Positions 13,761 to 26,403 of a stretch of 64,000 bases of DNA are shown here, piece after piece. Below the pieces are notes generated by a model. That model had not been told where the DNA came from. It worked only from the letters and a program-made list of their open reading frames with translations, and searched no databases. Each line of letters begins with the position of its first letter. Within the stretch, counting starts at the first letter, position 1. Position numbers and translations under genes: made by a program. This DNA is from Escherichia coli (lineage in GTDB: Bacteria; Pseudomonadota; Gammaproteobacteria; Enterobacterales; Enterobacteriaceae): NCBI RefSeq assembly GCF_003334385.1, contig NZ_QOWN01000001.1; one strand, written 5' to 3'.

Positions 13761-14585
13761 CTATTTCTTCTCTGTAATTTTTACACTGTTTTCCAACTGC
13801 TTGATGCTGACCTGCGGGGTCGGCAACTCCTCAGGCATGGTTCCGCCAAGTTCCTGAATGGTTTGCCTCACCTTGCGACCCACGTCAAAGTGTGTGGTGT
13901 TTGCTTGCTGTTTTGAATTCACGCCATCCCGCTTGAGTTTTTCTTCTGTTTGGGTAGCTCGAAAGAGATTAGCCGCCAGTTCTGTTGAACCCATATGATC
14001 CAGGATCTTCTGATTCTTTTTCAGCCCCTTCCGCTGATGAATAGCTTTCTGATCTAATCCACCATACAGCCCCTGGTAACCATGATTCTGAAATATGGCG
14101 AAATCAGTAGCTGTCGCTACCCCAGCTTGCTGTGCTGCCTCAACCAATTGTTTGTTATGTTCTTTCAACTCATTTCTCAGAAACAGACGCTTTTCGTCTT
14201 CACGAAGTTGCTTAAATGCTTCATCGTCAGCAAGCTCCTGCCGTCGGGTCTGGATAGCAAAATAAGTCTGCCCTGCCGCAATGACCGGTTTCGCAGGGTC
14301 GCCGTTTTGTACTACCAGGTAACAGGCATAGCGGGAGAGTACGATGTCTTTTAATGCTCTTTTGGCATTTGAGCCAATTTTGACCATATCGAGGATCTCC
14401 TCGAAATGGTCATCAATTGTGTGACCACTGTTCTCACAGGCTTCTTTGGCGCGCGTTAATACAGGTATAAAGTGACGATACTCTGAATAACCCAGTAGTT
14501 TCCCAAGTTGTCTTGCTGACCATTGTTCTGCTCCGTTTGCATTAATCAGTTTTATCTCTTCAAAAGGTTGATGATGTTCGTTCAT
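13761..14585 (-). CDS. dinD: DNA-damage-inducible protein D
   Basis: 278-aa ORF; Met at 14585 gives 274 aa MNEHHQPFEEIKLINANGAEQWSARQLGKLLGYSEYRHF...; LexA box 46 nt upstream. Confidence 0.93.
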   Translation of the reverse strand: MNEHHQPFEEIKLINANGAEQWSARQLGKLLGYSEYRHFIPVLTRAKEACENSGHTIDDHFEEILDMVKIGSNAKRALKDIVLSRYACYLVVQNGDPAKPVIAAGQTYFAIQTRRQELADDEAFKQLREDEKRLFLRNELKEHNKQLVEAAQQAGVATATDFAIFQNHGYQGLYGGLDQKAIHQRKGLKKNQKILDHMGSTELAANLFRATQTEEKLKRDGVNSKQQANTTHFDVGRKVRQTIQELGGTMPEELPTPQVSIKQLENSVKITEKK

Positions 14586-14630
14586 TGCCCACTCCATGTG
14601 ATATCAATTGCAAAGAAAGTAAATCTGTAA

Positions 14631-14646
14631 CTGTATTTATATACAG
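14631..14646 (-). promoter_or_regulatory. LexA (SOS) box of dinD
   Basis: Minus strand reads AACTGTATATAAATACAGTT: CTGT-N8-ACAG with AT-rich centre, close to the TACTGTATATATATACAGTA consensus. Confidence 0.9.
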
Positions 14647-14737
14647 TTGTGAGTATCTCACGTTCTCAGTGTGCTGGGCAAAAAAACATCGCAAAATCTG
14701 GAGCAGGCACGCAAAACAGAATTGAATGTTGCGGGGA

Positions 14738-14770
14738 AGAAAAATGCCGCTCTGTTTGAGTGGCGGCATT
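14738..14770 (-). terminator. intrinsic terminator downstream of yicC
   Basis: AATGCCGC-N12-GCGGCATT stem; on the minus strand it is followed by TTTTTCTTCC. Confidence 0.6.
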
Positions 14771-14805
14771 TGTGAAGGCGGAAAAGTAAGAATTGGCGTT
14801 ACGAG

Positions 14806-15669
14806 TTATTCGATGTTCTGAATCTGCTCGCGCATCTGCTCAATCAACACTTTCAGCTCGATGGCGGAGTTTGTCACTTCGGCATTGATAGACTTCGACG
14901 CAAGAGTGTTCGACTCGCGGTTGAACTCCTGCATCATAAAATCCAGACGACGACCAACCGCTTCTTTTTTCTTCAGAATGTTGTAGGTCTCTTTGACATG
15001 CGCTTCGAGGCGATCCAGTTCTTCGGCAACGTCAATTCGTTGTGCCAGCAGAACCAGTTCCTGCTCCAGACGGTTGTTTTCCAGTTGCACCTGAGCATCT
15101 TCCAGCTTCGCGACCAGACGCTCACGCTGCCATTGCAGGATTTCCGGCATATGGGAGCGGACTTTGACCACTTCGGCGGTGACGCCTTCCAGACGCTGCT
15201 CGATCAATGCTTTCAGTGCCTGACCTTCGGTTTCGCGCGCGACAATAAAGTCGTCCAGCGTACCATCCAGCGCCGCGAGAATTTCAGCGGCAATGGCGTC
15301 AAGATCCTGCTCCTGGGCTGCCATCACGCCCGGCCAGCGTAGAATATCAACCGGGTTGATTTCCCCTTCGTCACTCTGCATTTTTACCCAGTTCGCGGCA
15401 GTTACCAGCTGTTTAGCCAGTTTTTCGTTGAGGATCAGCTCACCTTGCGCGCTAACATCTGGCTCATAGCGCAGGGTACATTCCACTTTACCGCGCGTCA
15501 GGCGAGAACGAATACGCTCGCGAACGACAGGTTCAAGGCTACGGAACTGCTCCGGCAGACGAAAGTAAGTTTCCAGATAACGCTGGTTTACCGAGCGCAT
15601 TTCCCAGGTTGCGCTCCCCCATTCACCCTTGATTTCACGCCGGGCGTAGGCGGTCATACTGCGGATCAT
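14806..15669 (-). CDS. yicC: YicC-family stress-induced protein (endoribonuclease family)
   Basis: 287-aa ORF MIRSMTAYARREIKGEWGSATWEMRSVNQRYLETYFRLPE... recognised as YicC. Confidence 0.93.
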   Translation of the reverse strand: MIRSMTAYARREIKGEWGSATWEMRSVNQRYLETYFRLPEQFRSLEPVVRERIRSRLTRGKVECTLRYEPDVSAQGELILNEKLAKQLVTAANWVKMQSDEGEINPVDILRWPGVMAAQEQDLDAIAAEILAALDGTLDDFIVARETEGQALKALIEQRLEGVTAEVVKVRSHMPEILQWQRERLVAKLEDAQVQLENNRLEQELVLLAQRIDVAEELDRLEAHVKETYNILKKKEAVGRRLDFMMQEFNRESNTLASKSINAEVTNSAIELKVLIEQMREQIQNIE

Positions 15670-15795
15670 AGACGTTCCTGTTTATAAAAGGAGAGGTGGA
15701 AGGATTATAGCCATCGATGCCTTGTCAGGATAGGAATAACCGCCGGAAGTCCGTATAATGCGCAGCCACATTTGTTTCAAGCCGGAGATTTCAAT

Positions 15796-16512
15796 ATGCG
15801 TCCAGCAGGCCGTAGCAATAATCAGGTGCGTCCCGTTACCCTGACTCGTAACTATACAAAACATGCAGAAGGCTCGGTGCTGGTCGAATTTGGCGATACC
15901 AAAGTGTTGTGTACCGCCTCTATTGAAGAAGGCGTGCCGCGCTTCCTGAAAGGTCAGGGCCAGGGCTGGATCACCGCAGAGTACGGCATGCTGCCACGTT
16001 CTACCCACACCCGTAACGCTCGTGAAGCGGCGAAAGGTAAGCAGGGTGGACGCACAATGGAAATCCAGCGTCTGATCGCCCGTGCTCTTCGCGCGGCAGT
16101 AGATTTGAAAGCGCTGGGTGAGTTCACCATTACGCTGGACTGCGACGTGCTTCAGGCTGATGGTGGCACGCGTACCGCGTCGATTACGGGTGCCTGCGTG
16201 GCGCTGGTAGATGCGCTACAGAAGCTGGTGGAAAACGGCAAGCTGAAAACCAATCCGATGAAAGGGATGGTAGCCGCAGTTTCTGTCGGAATTGTGAACG
16301 GCGAAGCGGTTTGCGATCTGGAATACGTTGAAGACTCTGCCGCAGAGACCGACATGAACGTAGTGATGACCGAAGACGGGCGCATCATTGAAGTGCAGGG
16401 GACGGCAGAAGGCGAGCCGTTCACCCATGAAGAGCTACTCACCTTGTTGGCTCTGGCCCGAGGGGGAATCGAATCCATTGTAGCGACGCAGAAGGCGGCG
16501 CTGGCAAACTGA
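15796..16512 (+). CDS. rph: RNase PH, full length
   Basis: ATG at 15796; 238 aa [38 protein letters not shown]... reading through to ...[16 protein letters not shown]; no frameshift near the 3' end. Confidence 0.95.
   Translation: MRPAGRSNNQVRPVTLTRNYTKHAEGSVLVEFGDTKVLCTASIEEGVPRFLKGQGQGWITAEYGMLPRSTHTRNAREAAKGKQGGRTMEIQRLIARALRAAVDLKALGEFTITLDCDVLQADGGTRTASITGACVALVDALQKLVENGKLKTNPMKGMVAAVSVGIVNGEAVCDLEYVEDSAAETDMNVVMTEDGRIIEVQGTAEGEPFTHEELLTLLALARGGIESIVATQKAALAN
16224..16231 (+). other. Chi site GCTGGTGG
   Basis: exact 8-mer on + strand. Confidence 0.9.
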
Positions 16513-16517
16513 TTTTT

Positions 16518-16545
16518 AAGGCGACTGATGAGTCGCCTTTTTTTT
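16518..16545 (+). terminator. pyrE attenuator (intrinsic terminator between rph and pyrE)
   Basis: AAGGCGACT-GATG-AGTCGCCTT stem followed by T8, 6 nt after the rph stop and 33 nt before pyrE. Confidence 0.9.
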
Positions 16546-16577
16546 GTCTGTAGAAAAGTAAGATGAGGAGCGAAGGC

Positions 16578-17219
16578 ATGAAACCATATCAGCGCCAGTT
16601 TATTGAATTTGCGCTTAGCAAGCAGGTGTTAAAGTTTGGCGAGTTTACGCTGAAATCCGGGCGCAAAAGCCCCTATTTCTTCAACGCCGGGCTGTTTAAT
16701 ACCGGGCGCGATCTGGCACTGTTAGGCCGTTTTTACGCTGAAGCGTTGGTGGATTCCGGCATTGAGTTCGATCTGCTGTTTGGCCCTGCTTACAAAGGGA
16801 TCCCGATTGCCACCACAACCGCTGTGGCACTGGCGGAGCATCACGACCTGGACCTGCCGTACTGCTTTAACCGCAAAGAAGCAAAAGACCACGGTGAAGG
16901 CGGCAATCTGGTTGGTAGCGCGTTACAAGGACGCGTAATGCTGGTAGATGATGTGATCACCGCCGGAACGGCGATTCGCGAGTCGATGGAGATTATTCAG
17001 GCCAATGGCGCGACGCTTGCTGGCGTGTTGATTTCGCTCGATCGTCAGGAACGCGGGCGCGGCGAGATTTCGGCGATTCAGGAAGTTGAGCGTGATTACA
17101 ACTGCAAAGTGATCTCTATCATCACCCTGAAAGACCTGATTGCTTACCTGGAAGAGAAGCCGGAAATGGCGGAACATCTGGCGGCGGTTAAGGCCTATCG
17201 CGAAGAGTTTGGCGTTTAA
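16578..17219 (+). CDS. pyrE: orotate phosphoribosyltransferase
   Basis: ATG 16578; 213 aa [36 protein letters not shown]...; PRPP-binding [13 protein letters not shown]. Confidence 0.97.
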
Positions 17220-17226
17220 AGAAACT

Positions 17227-17250
17227 CGCCGGATGAAAAGTCATCCGGCG
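17227..17250. terminator. bidirectional stem-loop between convergent pyrE and slmA
   Basis: CGCCGGATGA-AAAG-TCATCCGGCG perfect 10-bp stem. Confidence 0.6.
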
Positions 17251-17255
17251 TCATA

Positions 17256-17852
17256 TTACTGCAACTGTGCCGCAATTAGCGGCCAGCGGGCGTCAAAATC
17301 ATCCGTCGGGCGGTATTTAAATTCGCTGCGGACAAAACGTGACAGCATACCTTCACAGAAGGCCAGGATCTGGCTTGCCAGCAGGGTTTCATCGGTGGTG
17401 TAACCTTCACCCTCACGCATTCTCTTTTCACGCAATACCTGGCGCAGCTGCGCTTCAATACGCTCGAACAGCTGGTTGATGCGCCCTTGCAGGCGATCCT
17501 GTTCAAACATTAGCGCATGACCAGTGAGGATGCGGGTCAGGCCAGGATTACGCTCACCAAAACCGAGAAGCAGCAACACAATCAGACGCAGGCGCGCTGT
17601 GGTGTCTTTCTCATCTTTCAGAATCAGGTTGATGCGAGTAATCAGGCTATCTTCGATAAACTCAATCAGGCTATCGAACATGCGGGTCTTACTGGGGAAG
17701 TGGCGATACAGTGCCGCTTCGGAAACGCCGACAGAGGCGGCCAGTTTTGCCGTCGTGATACGTTGGCTTCCATCGCTGGATTCCAGCATCAGCGCCAGAG
17801 ACTGAAGTATTTCCTCGCGACGGTTCCTTTTCGCAGTTTGTTTTTCTGCCAT
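17256..17852 (-). CDS. slmA: nucleoid occlusion factor (TetR family)
   Basis: 212-aa ORF; Met at 17852 gives 198 aa [52 protein letters not shown] (HTH). Confidence 0.95.
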
Positions 17853-17958
17853 GTTACAAAATACCCCTGAAAATAAGCACTTGCCAGGCGGCACCCACGC
17901 TATGACCGCAAACGAAATGTTTGCGGCTATGTTATGACGTTATTCGGATGCGTATGTG

Positions 17959-18417
17959 TTACTGACGACCAGAGTGACCAAAGCCGCCTTCACCGCGGTC
18001 GGTGGCGTCGAAATCTTCCACCAGATTAAATTCAGCCTGTACTACCGGAACAAAAATCATCTGGGCGATGCGTTCGCCAGGTTGAATGGTGAAGCTGTCC
18101 TGACCACGGTTCCACACGGAAATCATCAACTGGCCCTGATAGTCAGAATCGATCAATCCTACCAGGTTACCAAGCACGATACCGTGCTTATGTCCCAATC
18201 CGGAGCGCGGCAGCATCATTGCCGCCAGTGAAGGATCGGCAATATGAATCGCCAGCCCGGTCGGAACCAGCGTAGTGTCACCCGGAGCCAGTTCTACGGC
18301 GTCGTTGAGACAGGCACGCAGGTCAAGTCCGGCAGAGCCAGAGGTGGCATAAGTCGGGAGCGGAAATTCCTTCCCAACGCGCGGGTCCAGAATCTTAACG
18401 TCGATTTTTTTCATCAT
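17959..18417 (-). CDS. dut: dUTP diphosphatase
   Basis: 152-aa [38 protein letters not shown]...; the true start may be the second Met (18414). Confidence 0.95.
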
Positions 18418-19615
18418 AACGGGTCACGATCTCGTCGAGTAATAATTGGCCAAGGAGCTCTTTGCGCTCAAGCGGTAAGACTTTATCTCCGTCCTGCCAG
18501 AAAAGGTGTAATGCGTTGTTGTCGCTGTTAAATCCTTGAGTTGGCTGGGAAACATCGTTCGCGCAGATCAGATCAAGGTTTTTACGGATACGTTTTTGCC
18601 GGGCGTATTCTTCCACATTATTTGTTTCGGCGGCAAATCCAACGACGTAGGGTCGATGGTCTTTTAGTGCGGCAACGCCTGCGACGATATCGGGGTTTTT
18701 AACCATTTTTATTGTTAATTCATCACCCTGCGTGGCCTGCTTTTTGATTTTCTCTGGGGCCACGGTAGCTGCGCGATAATCCGCCACGGCGGCGCAGCCG
18801 ATAAAAATATTTTGCTGCTGTACAGAAGCATTCACGGCGGCTTCCATTTCCAGCGCGGTCATCACATCAACACGTTTAACAAACGGTGGCGTCGGTAGTG
18901 AAACCGGACCTGATACCAGCGTGACGTTCGCGCCACGACGGGCAGCGGCGGCGGCGATAGCAAAACCCATCTTGCCGGAGCTGTGATTAGAGATATAACG
19001 CACCGGATCGAGCGGTTCACGCGTCGGGCCGGCGGTAATCATAATGTTCAGATGTTTCAGGTCGTTGACGGGCGAAAAATGCGCTACCGCCATATCCACA
19101 ATGGTTAACGGATCGAGCATTCGCCCAGGACCGATATCACCACAAGCCTGACTGCCACTGTCTGGCCCCCAGATGAGCAAACCACGGGAAGCAAGCACCT
19201 CTAAATTATGCTGCGTGGCAGCGGCACGGTACATCTGCTGGTTCATGGCGGGGAGCACGGCTACAGGCGCAGGTGTAGCCAGACAAATCGTCGATACCAG
19301 GTCATTCGCCATTCCGGCAGCAACACGGGCAATCAAATCTGCCGTGGCAGGGGCGAGAATCACTAAATCAGCCCATTTACCCAGCTCAATATGGCCCATA
19401 GCGGCTTCGGCTGCCGGGTCCAGCAGACTGTCGGAAACGGGATAACCAGAAACCGCCTGCAAGCTAAGTGGGGTGATAAAGGCTTTTGCCGCTTCGGTCA
19501 TGGCTACGCGGACGTCGGCCCCGCGATCGCGCAAACGACGCACCAGTTCAGGGGTTTTATAGGCAGCAATACCGCCGCTAACGCCGAGAACGATTTTTTT
19601 ACCGGCCAGGCTCAT
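18395..19615 (-). CDS. coaBC: phosphopantothenoylcysteine decarboxylase / phosphopantothenate-cysteine ligase
   Basis: 430-aa ORF; Met at 19615 gives 406 aa [28 protein letters not shown]...; 3' end overlaps the dut start by 23 nt. Confidence 0.95.
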
Positions 19616-19786
19616 GATGATTTTTCCTGTAGGGTGACACCAGAAGTTGGCGATTTTATCACAATACTTTTGTTGTCGTGCCTTCACCTGAGATTCACTT
19701 TGCGAGGCGCTTTCCAGGATTGAAAACTGGCCGTCGATTTAACGAAACGGCTATGACAGGATGCGAGCACCACAAAGGAGGTGAAG

Positions 19787-20455
19787 GTGAAAAACAATTC
19801 ACAGCTGTTGATGCCGCGCGAAAAAATGCTGAAGTTTGGTATTAGCGCCTTAACGGATGTCGAGCTGCTGGCGCTATTTCTGCGTACCGGAACGCGCGGT
19901 AAAGATGTATTAACCCTGGCAAAAGAGATGCTGGAGAATTTCGGCTCTCTTTATGGCTTGTTAACCTCTGAATATGAACAATTTAGTGGCGTTCATGGAA
20001 TTGGCGTGGCGAAATTTGCCCAGTTAAAGGGGATTGCTGAACTGGCGCGGCGTTACTACAACGTGCGGATGCGTGAAGAAAGCCCTTTACTCAGCCCGGA
20101 GATGACGAGGGAATTTTTACAAAGCCAGCTCACGGGTGAGGAGCGGGAGATCTTTATGGTGATCTTTCTCGACTCCCAACACCGGGTTATAACGCATAGG
20201 CGTCTTTTTTCCGGCACGCTAAACCATGTTGAAGTCCATCCTCGGGAAATTATCCGCGAAGCGATAAAAATAAACGCCTCGGCGCTGATCCTTGCACATA
20301 ATCACCCTTCGGGTTGTGCTGAACCCAGTAAAGCGGATAAACTCATTACTGAACGGATAATAAAGAGTTGTCAGTTCATGGATTTACGCGTGCTCGACCA
20401 TATCGTGATTGGGCGTGGAGAGTATGTTTCTTTTGCCGAACGCGGCTGGATTTAA
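19787..20455 (+). CDS. yicR: RadC-like JAB/MPN-domain protein
   Basis: AAGGAGG ends 5 nt before GTG 19787 (222 aa, [15 protein letters not shown]...); the ORF-track start 19781 overlaps the SD; JAMM-type motif [17 protein letters not shown]. Confidence 0.9.
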   Translation: MKNNSQLLMPREKMLKFGISALTDVELLALFLRTGTRGKDVLTLAKEMLENFGSLYGLLTSEYEQFSGVHGIGVAKFAQLKGIAELARRYYNVRMREESPLLSPEMTREFLQSQLTGEEREIFMVIFLDSQHRVITHRRLFSGTLNHVEVHPREIIREAIKINASALILAHNHPSGCAEPSKADKLITERIIKSCQFMDLRVLDHIVIGRGEYVSFAERGWI

Positions 20456-20497
20456 CCCGCTATGCGCGATCCTTCGGGATCTTTGTCTGTTCGGGAC

Positions 20498-20526
20498 TTG
20501 AGCACATCGCTGAGTCAGCGTATACT
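20498..20526 (+). promoter_or_regulatory. candidate sigma70 promoter of rpmB-rpmG
   Basis: TTGAGC - 17 nt - TATACT, about 145 nt upstream of rpmB. Confidence 0.5.
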
Positions 20527-20650
20527 ACGCCACCTTTGAGAATCTCGGGTTTGGCATTTGGGCCTGGCAATCGAGAGTTCACATAGAACTGCGATGACCG
20601 GGCTGTAAAGCCTGACGAGGCGCCAATACCCCATACGAAGCTCGAGCTAA

Positions 20651-20908
<258 letters not shown>

Positions 20909-20925
20909 GTACTTAGAGGAAATAA

Positions 20926-21096
<171 letters not shown>

Positions 21097-21114
21097 TTCT
21101 CGCTTTGATGTAAC

Positions 21115-21142
21115 AAAAAACCTCGCTCCGGCGGGGTTTTTT
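21115..21142 (+). terminator. intrinsic terminator/attenuator after rpmG
   Basis: AAAAAACCTCGC-TCCG-GCGGGGTTTTTT. Confidence 0.7.
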
Positions 21143-21193
21143 GTTATCTGCTTGCCCCCATATTGACTGCATCTGTTCATTCCTGGAGATGCT

Positions 21194-22003
21194 ATGCCTG
21201 AATTACCCGAAGTTGAAACCAGCCGCCGCGGCATAGAACCGCATCTCGTTGGTGCAACCATTCTTCATGCAGTGGTGCGCAACGGACGCTTGCGCTGGCC
21301 GGTTTCAGAAGAGATCTACCGTTTAAGCGACCAACCAGTGCTTAGCGTGCAGCGGCGGGCTAAATATCTGCTGCTGGAGCTGCCTGAGGGCTGGATTATC
21401 ATTCATTTAGGGATGTCTGGCAGCCTGCGCATCCTTCCAGAAGAACTTCCCCCTGAAAAGCATGACCATGTGGATTTGGTGATGAGCAACGGCAAAGTGC
21501 TGCGCTACACCGATCCGCGCCGCTTTGGTGCCTGGCTGTGGACCAAAGAGCTGGAAGGGCATAATGTGCTGACCCATCTTGGACCGGAGCCGCTTAGCGA
21601 CGATTTCAATGGTGAGTATCTGCATCAGAAGTGCGCGAAGAAAAAAACGGCGATTAAACCGTGGCTGATGGATAACAAGCTGGTGGTAGGGGTAGGGAAT
21701 ATCTATGCCAGCGAATCACTGTTTGCGGCGGGGATCCATCCGGATCGGCTGGCGTCATCACTGTCGCTGGCAGAGTGTGAATTGTTAGCTCGGGTGATTA
21801 AAGCGGTGTTGCTGCGTTCGATTGAGCAGGGTGGTACAACGCTGAAAGATTTTCTGCAAAGTGATGGTAAACCGGGCTATTTCGCTCAGGAATTGCAGGT
21901 TTACGGGCGAAAAGGTGAGCCGTGTCGGGTGTGCGGTACGCCGATTGTGGCGACTAAACATGCGCAGCGGGCAACGTTTTATTGTCGGCAGTGCCAGAAG
22001 TAA
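21194..22003 (+). CDS. mutM: formamidopyrimidine-DNA glycosylase
   Basis: 269-aa [21 protein letters not shown]...; C-terminal zinc finger [25 protein letters not shown]. Confidence 0.97.
21679..21686 (+). other. Chi site GCTGGTGG
   Basis: exact 8-mer on + strand. Confidence 0.9.
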
Positions 22004-22012
22004 TTCATGCGC

Positions 22013-22034
22013 GCCGGATGGCATACCATCCGGC
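22013..22034. terminator. stem-loop between convergent mutM and coaD
   Basis: GCCGGATGG-CATA-CCATCCGGC perfect 9-bp stem. Confidence 0.6.
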
Positions 22035-22041
22035 ATAAACG

Positions 22042-23806
<1,765 letters not shown>

Positions 23807-24125
23807 AGTAAATAGCTGACTTATGGATGTGCTGGGGATTCTATGTATTTAGCTGTGGCTTTACCATTACTTTTCCCGTTTTTGACTTAAATAGCTTCAG
23901 TTTGGTCTGATCTGCCGCTACATCTTCATTTTTTTTGTATTTTTATGCGATTCATTGAAACTCGGCCCCATTTTCAAATCTACATAGGCCGTACTGACAT
24001 TATCGAAATGCTATTTTTTATCTATTTGATTTTTATGATTAAAGTATATTTTGTGTATAAAAATCATTCGGGTCGGATTGCTGCGAAAGAAATGATACAC
24101 TAGCACGTCAAAGTAAGTGCGTTAT

Positions 24126-24164
24126 CAGTATTCAGGTAGCTGTTGAGCCTGGGGCGGTAGCGTG
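24126..24164 (+). promoter_or_regulatory. JUMPstart element with ops site (RfaH-dependent antitermination) in the waaQ leader
   Basis: CAGTATTCAGGTAGCTGTTGAGCCTGGGGCGGTAGCGTG; ops core GGCGGTAG at 24153-24160, about 50 nt before the waaQ start. This leader is also the reported source of the RirA small RNA. Confidence 0.85.
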
Positions 24165-24211
24165 CTTTTTTCTGCTTAACTTAACCAGACAATCACACAA
24201 AAGAGTCGCTA

Positions 24212-25282
24212 GTGGAAAAGCCATTTCGAAAAATCCTGGTCATAAAGATGCGATATCATGGGGATATGTTATTAACTACTCCTGTCATCAGTACGCTCAA
24301 GCAGAATTATCCTGATGCAAAAATCGATATGCTGCTTTATCAGGACACCATCCCTATTTTGTCTGAAAACCCGGAAATTAATGCGCTCTATGGGATAAGC
24401 AATAAAGGTGCGGGAACTTTCGATAAAATTAAAAATGTGCTTTCGTTGATAAAAACTCTGCGTGCGAATAATTATGACCTGGTCATTAATCTTACGGATC
24501 AGTGGATGGTGGCGCTGCTGGTACGTTGTTTACCTGCACGGATGAAAATATCGCAACTTTATGGTCATCGGCAGCATGGTATTTGGAAAAAAAGCTTCAC
24601 ACACTTAGCGCCAATACACGGTACACATATTGTTGAGCGTAATTTATCGGTCCTTGAGCCATTAGGTATTACCGATTTCTACACCGACACAACAATGAGT
24701 TACGCCGAAGATTGCTGGAAGAAGATGCGCCGGGAATTAGATGCCCTGGGCGTAAAAGATCATTATGTTGTCATCCAACCGACAGCGCGTCAGATATTTA
24801 AGTGTTGGGATAACGATAAATTTTCTAAGGTTATCGATGCGCTGCAACAGCGAGGCTATCAGGTTGTGCTAACCTGTGGGCCCTCGGCAGATGATCTCGC
24901 TTGTGTAGATGAGATTGCACGAGGTTGCGAAACAAAACCCATTACTGGCCTTGCAGGTAAAACACGTTTTCCTGAACTGGGTGCATTAATTGATCATGCA
25001 GTGCTTTTTATTGGTGTGGATTCTGCGCCGGGACATATTGCAGCGGCAGTGAAAACGCCAGTCATTAGTCTATTTGGTGCAACGGATCACGTATTCTGGC
25101 GTCCCTGGACCGAGAATATTATTCAATTCTGGGCGGGGAATTATCAGAAAATGCCGACCCGGCATGAACTTGACCGCAACAAAAAATATCTTTCTGTTAT
25201 CCCAGCGGAGGATGTGATCGCCGCTACGGAAAAGCTGTTGCCAGAAGATGCCCCTTCAGCTGACAGGAATGCACAATTATGA
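24212..25282 (+). CDS. waaQ: LPS core heptosyltransferase III (GT9)
   Basis: 356-aa ORF from GTG 24212 (AAGAG 6 nt upstream). The 344-aa form I recall for K-12 starts at ATG 24248, which would remove the KILVIK strand conserved in GT9 paralogs. Confidence 0.9.
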   Translation: MEKPFRKILVIKMRYHGDMLLTTPVISTLKQNYPDAKIDMLLYQDTIPILSENPEINALYGISNKGAGTFDKIKNVLSLIKTLRANNYDLVINLTDQWMVALLVRCLPARMKISQLYGHRQHGIWKKSFTHLAPIHGTHIVERNLSVLEPLGITDFYTDTTMSYAEDCWKKMRRELDALGVKDHYVVIQPTARQIFKCWDNDKFSKVIDALQQRGYQVVLTCGPSADDLACVDEIARGCETKPITGLAGKTRFPELGALIDHAVLFIGVDSAPGHIAAAVKTPVISLFGATDHVFWRPWTENIIQFWAGNYQKMPTRHELDRNKKYLSVIPAEDVIAATEKLLPEDAPSADRNAQL

Positions 25283-26403
25283 TCGTGGCGTTTTGTTTAT
25301 ATAAATATTTTCCATTTGGTGGGCTTCAACGTGACTTTATGCGCATTGCATCAACAGTTGCCGCACGGGGCCACCATGTTCGGGTATATACACAGTCGTG
25401 GGAAGGCGATTGCCCGAAAGCATTTGAGCTTATTCAGGTGCCAGTTAAGTCCCATACCAACCATGGACGCAATGCAGAATATTATGCCTGGGTACAAAAT
25501 CATCTCAAAGAGCATCCCGCAGATCGCGTTGTTGGGTTTAATAAGATGCCTGGCCTGGATGTTTATTTTGCCGCTGATGTTTGTTACGCCGAGAAAGTTG
25601 CGCAAGAAAAAGGTTTTTTATATCGTTTAACATCACGATATCGCCATTATGCCGCATTTGAGCGAGCGACTTTCGAGCAGGGTAAATCGACGAAACTTAT
25701 GATGCTGACCGATAAGCAAATCGCCGATTTCCAGAAGCATTATCAAACTGAACCTGAACGTTTTCAAATTCTTCCTCCCGGTATTTATCCGGACAGAAAA
25801 TACAGTGAGCAAATCCCAAACAGCCGTGAAATTTATCGCCAGAAAAATGGCATAAAAGAGCAACAAAACTTATTACTGCAGGTTGGATCAGATTTTGGCC
25901 GTAAAGGTGTAGATCGCTCAATTGAAGCTTTGGCATCGTTACCGGAATCATTACGTCACAATACGCTTTTATTTGTTGTTGGTCAGGATAAGCCGCGAAA
26001 ATTTGAAGCGCTGGCAGAAAAACTCGGCGTGCGGAGCAATGTGCATTTCTTCTCCGGTCGCAATGATGTGTCAGAATTAATGGCAGCCGCTGATTTATTA
26101 CTGCATCCCGCTTATCAGGAAGCCGCGGGTATCGTTCTTCTAGAAGCGATCACTGCTGGGTTACCTGTTTTAACAACAGCGGTATGTGGGTACGCGCATT
26201 ATATTGCGGATGCCAATTGTGGAACGGTCATCGCTGAACCTTTCTCTCAGGAACAATTAAATGAAGTTTTACGTAAAGCGCTAACTCAGTCGCCATTGCG
26301 AATGGCCTGGGCGGAGAATGCTCGCCATTATGCCGATACTCAGGATTTGTATAGCTTGCCAGAAAAAGCCGCGGATATCATTACAGGTGGTTTAGATGGT
26401 TGA
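25279..26403 (+). CDS. waaG: LPS core glucosyltransferase I (GT4)
   Basis: 374-aa [41 protein letters not shown]...; ATGA overlap with the waaQ stop. Confidence 0.96.
   Translation: MIVAFCLYKYFPFGGLQRDFMRIASTVAARGHHVRVYTQSWEGDCPKAFELIQVPVKSHTNHGRNAEYYAWVQNHLKEHPADRVVGFNKMPGLDVYFAADVCYAEKVAQEKGFLYRLTSRYRHYAAFERATFEQGKSTKLMMLTDKQIADFQKHYQTEPERFQILPPGIYPDRKYSEQIPNSREIYRQKNGIKEQQNLLLQVGSDFGRKGVDRSIEALASLPESLRHNTLLFVVGQDKPRKFEALAEKLGVRSNVHFFSGRNDVSELMAAADLLLHPAYQEAAGIVLLEAITAGLPVLTTAVCGYAHYIADANCGTVIAEPFSQEQLNEVLRKALTQSPLRMAWAENARHYADTQDLYSLPEKAADIITGGLDG

Noticed and set aside
13672-13857. 61-aa GTG ORF running antisense into the 3' end of dinD
   Set aside because: Overlaps dinD by about 100 nt, has a low-complexity hydrophobic product and no promoter seen. 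Kept only as a side note to the sORF candidate.
23843-24103. Short AT-rich ORFs in the waaA-waaQ divergent region (15-aa MYLAVALPLLFPFLT at 23843; 52-aa MRFIETRPHF... at 23945)
   Set aside because: No credible SD for the longer one. AT-rich promoter DNA throws up such frames by chance, and I cannot test conservation.
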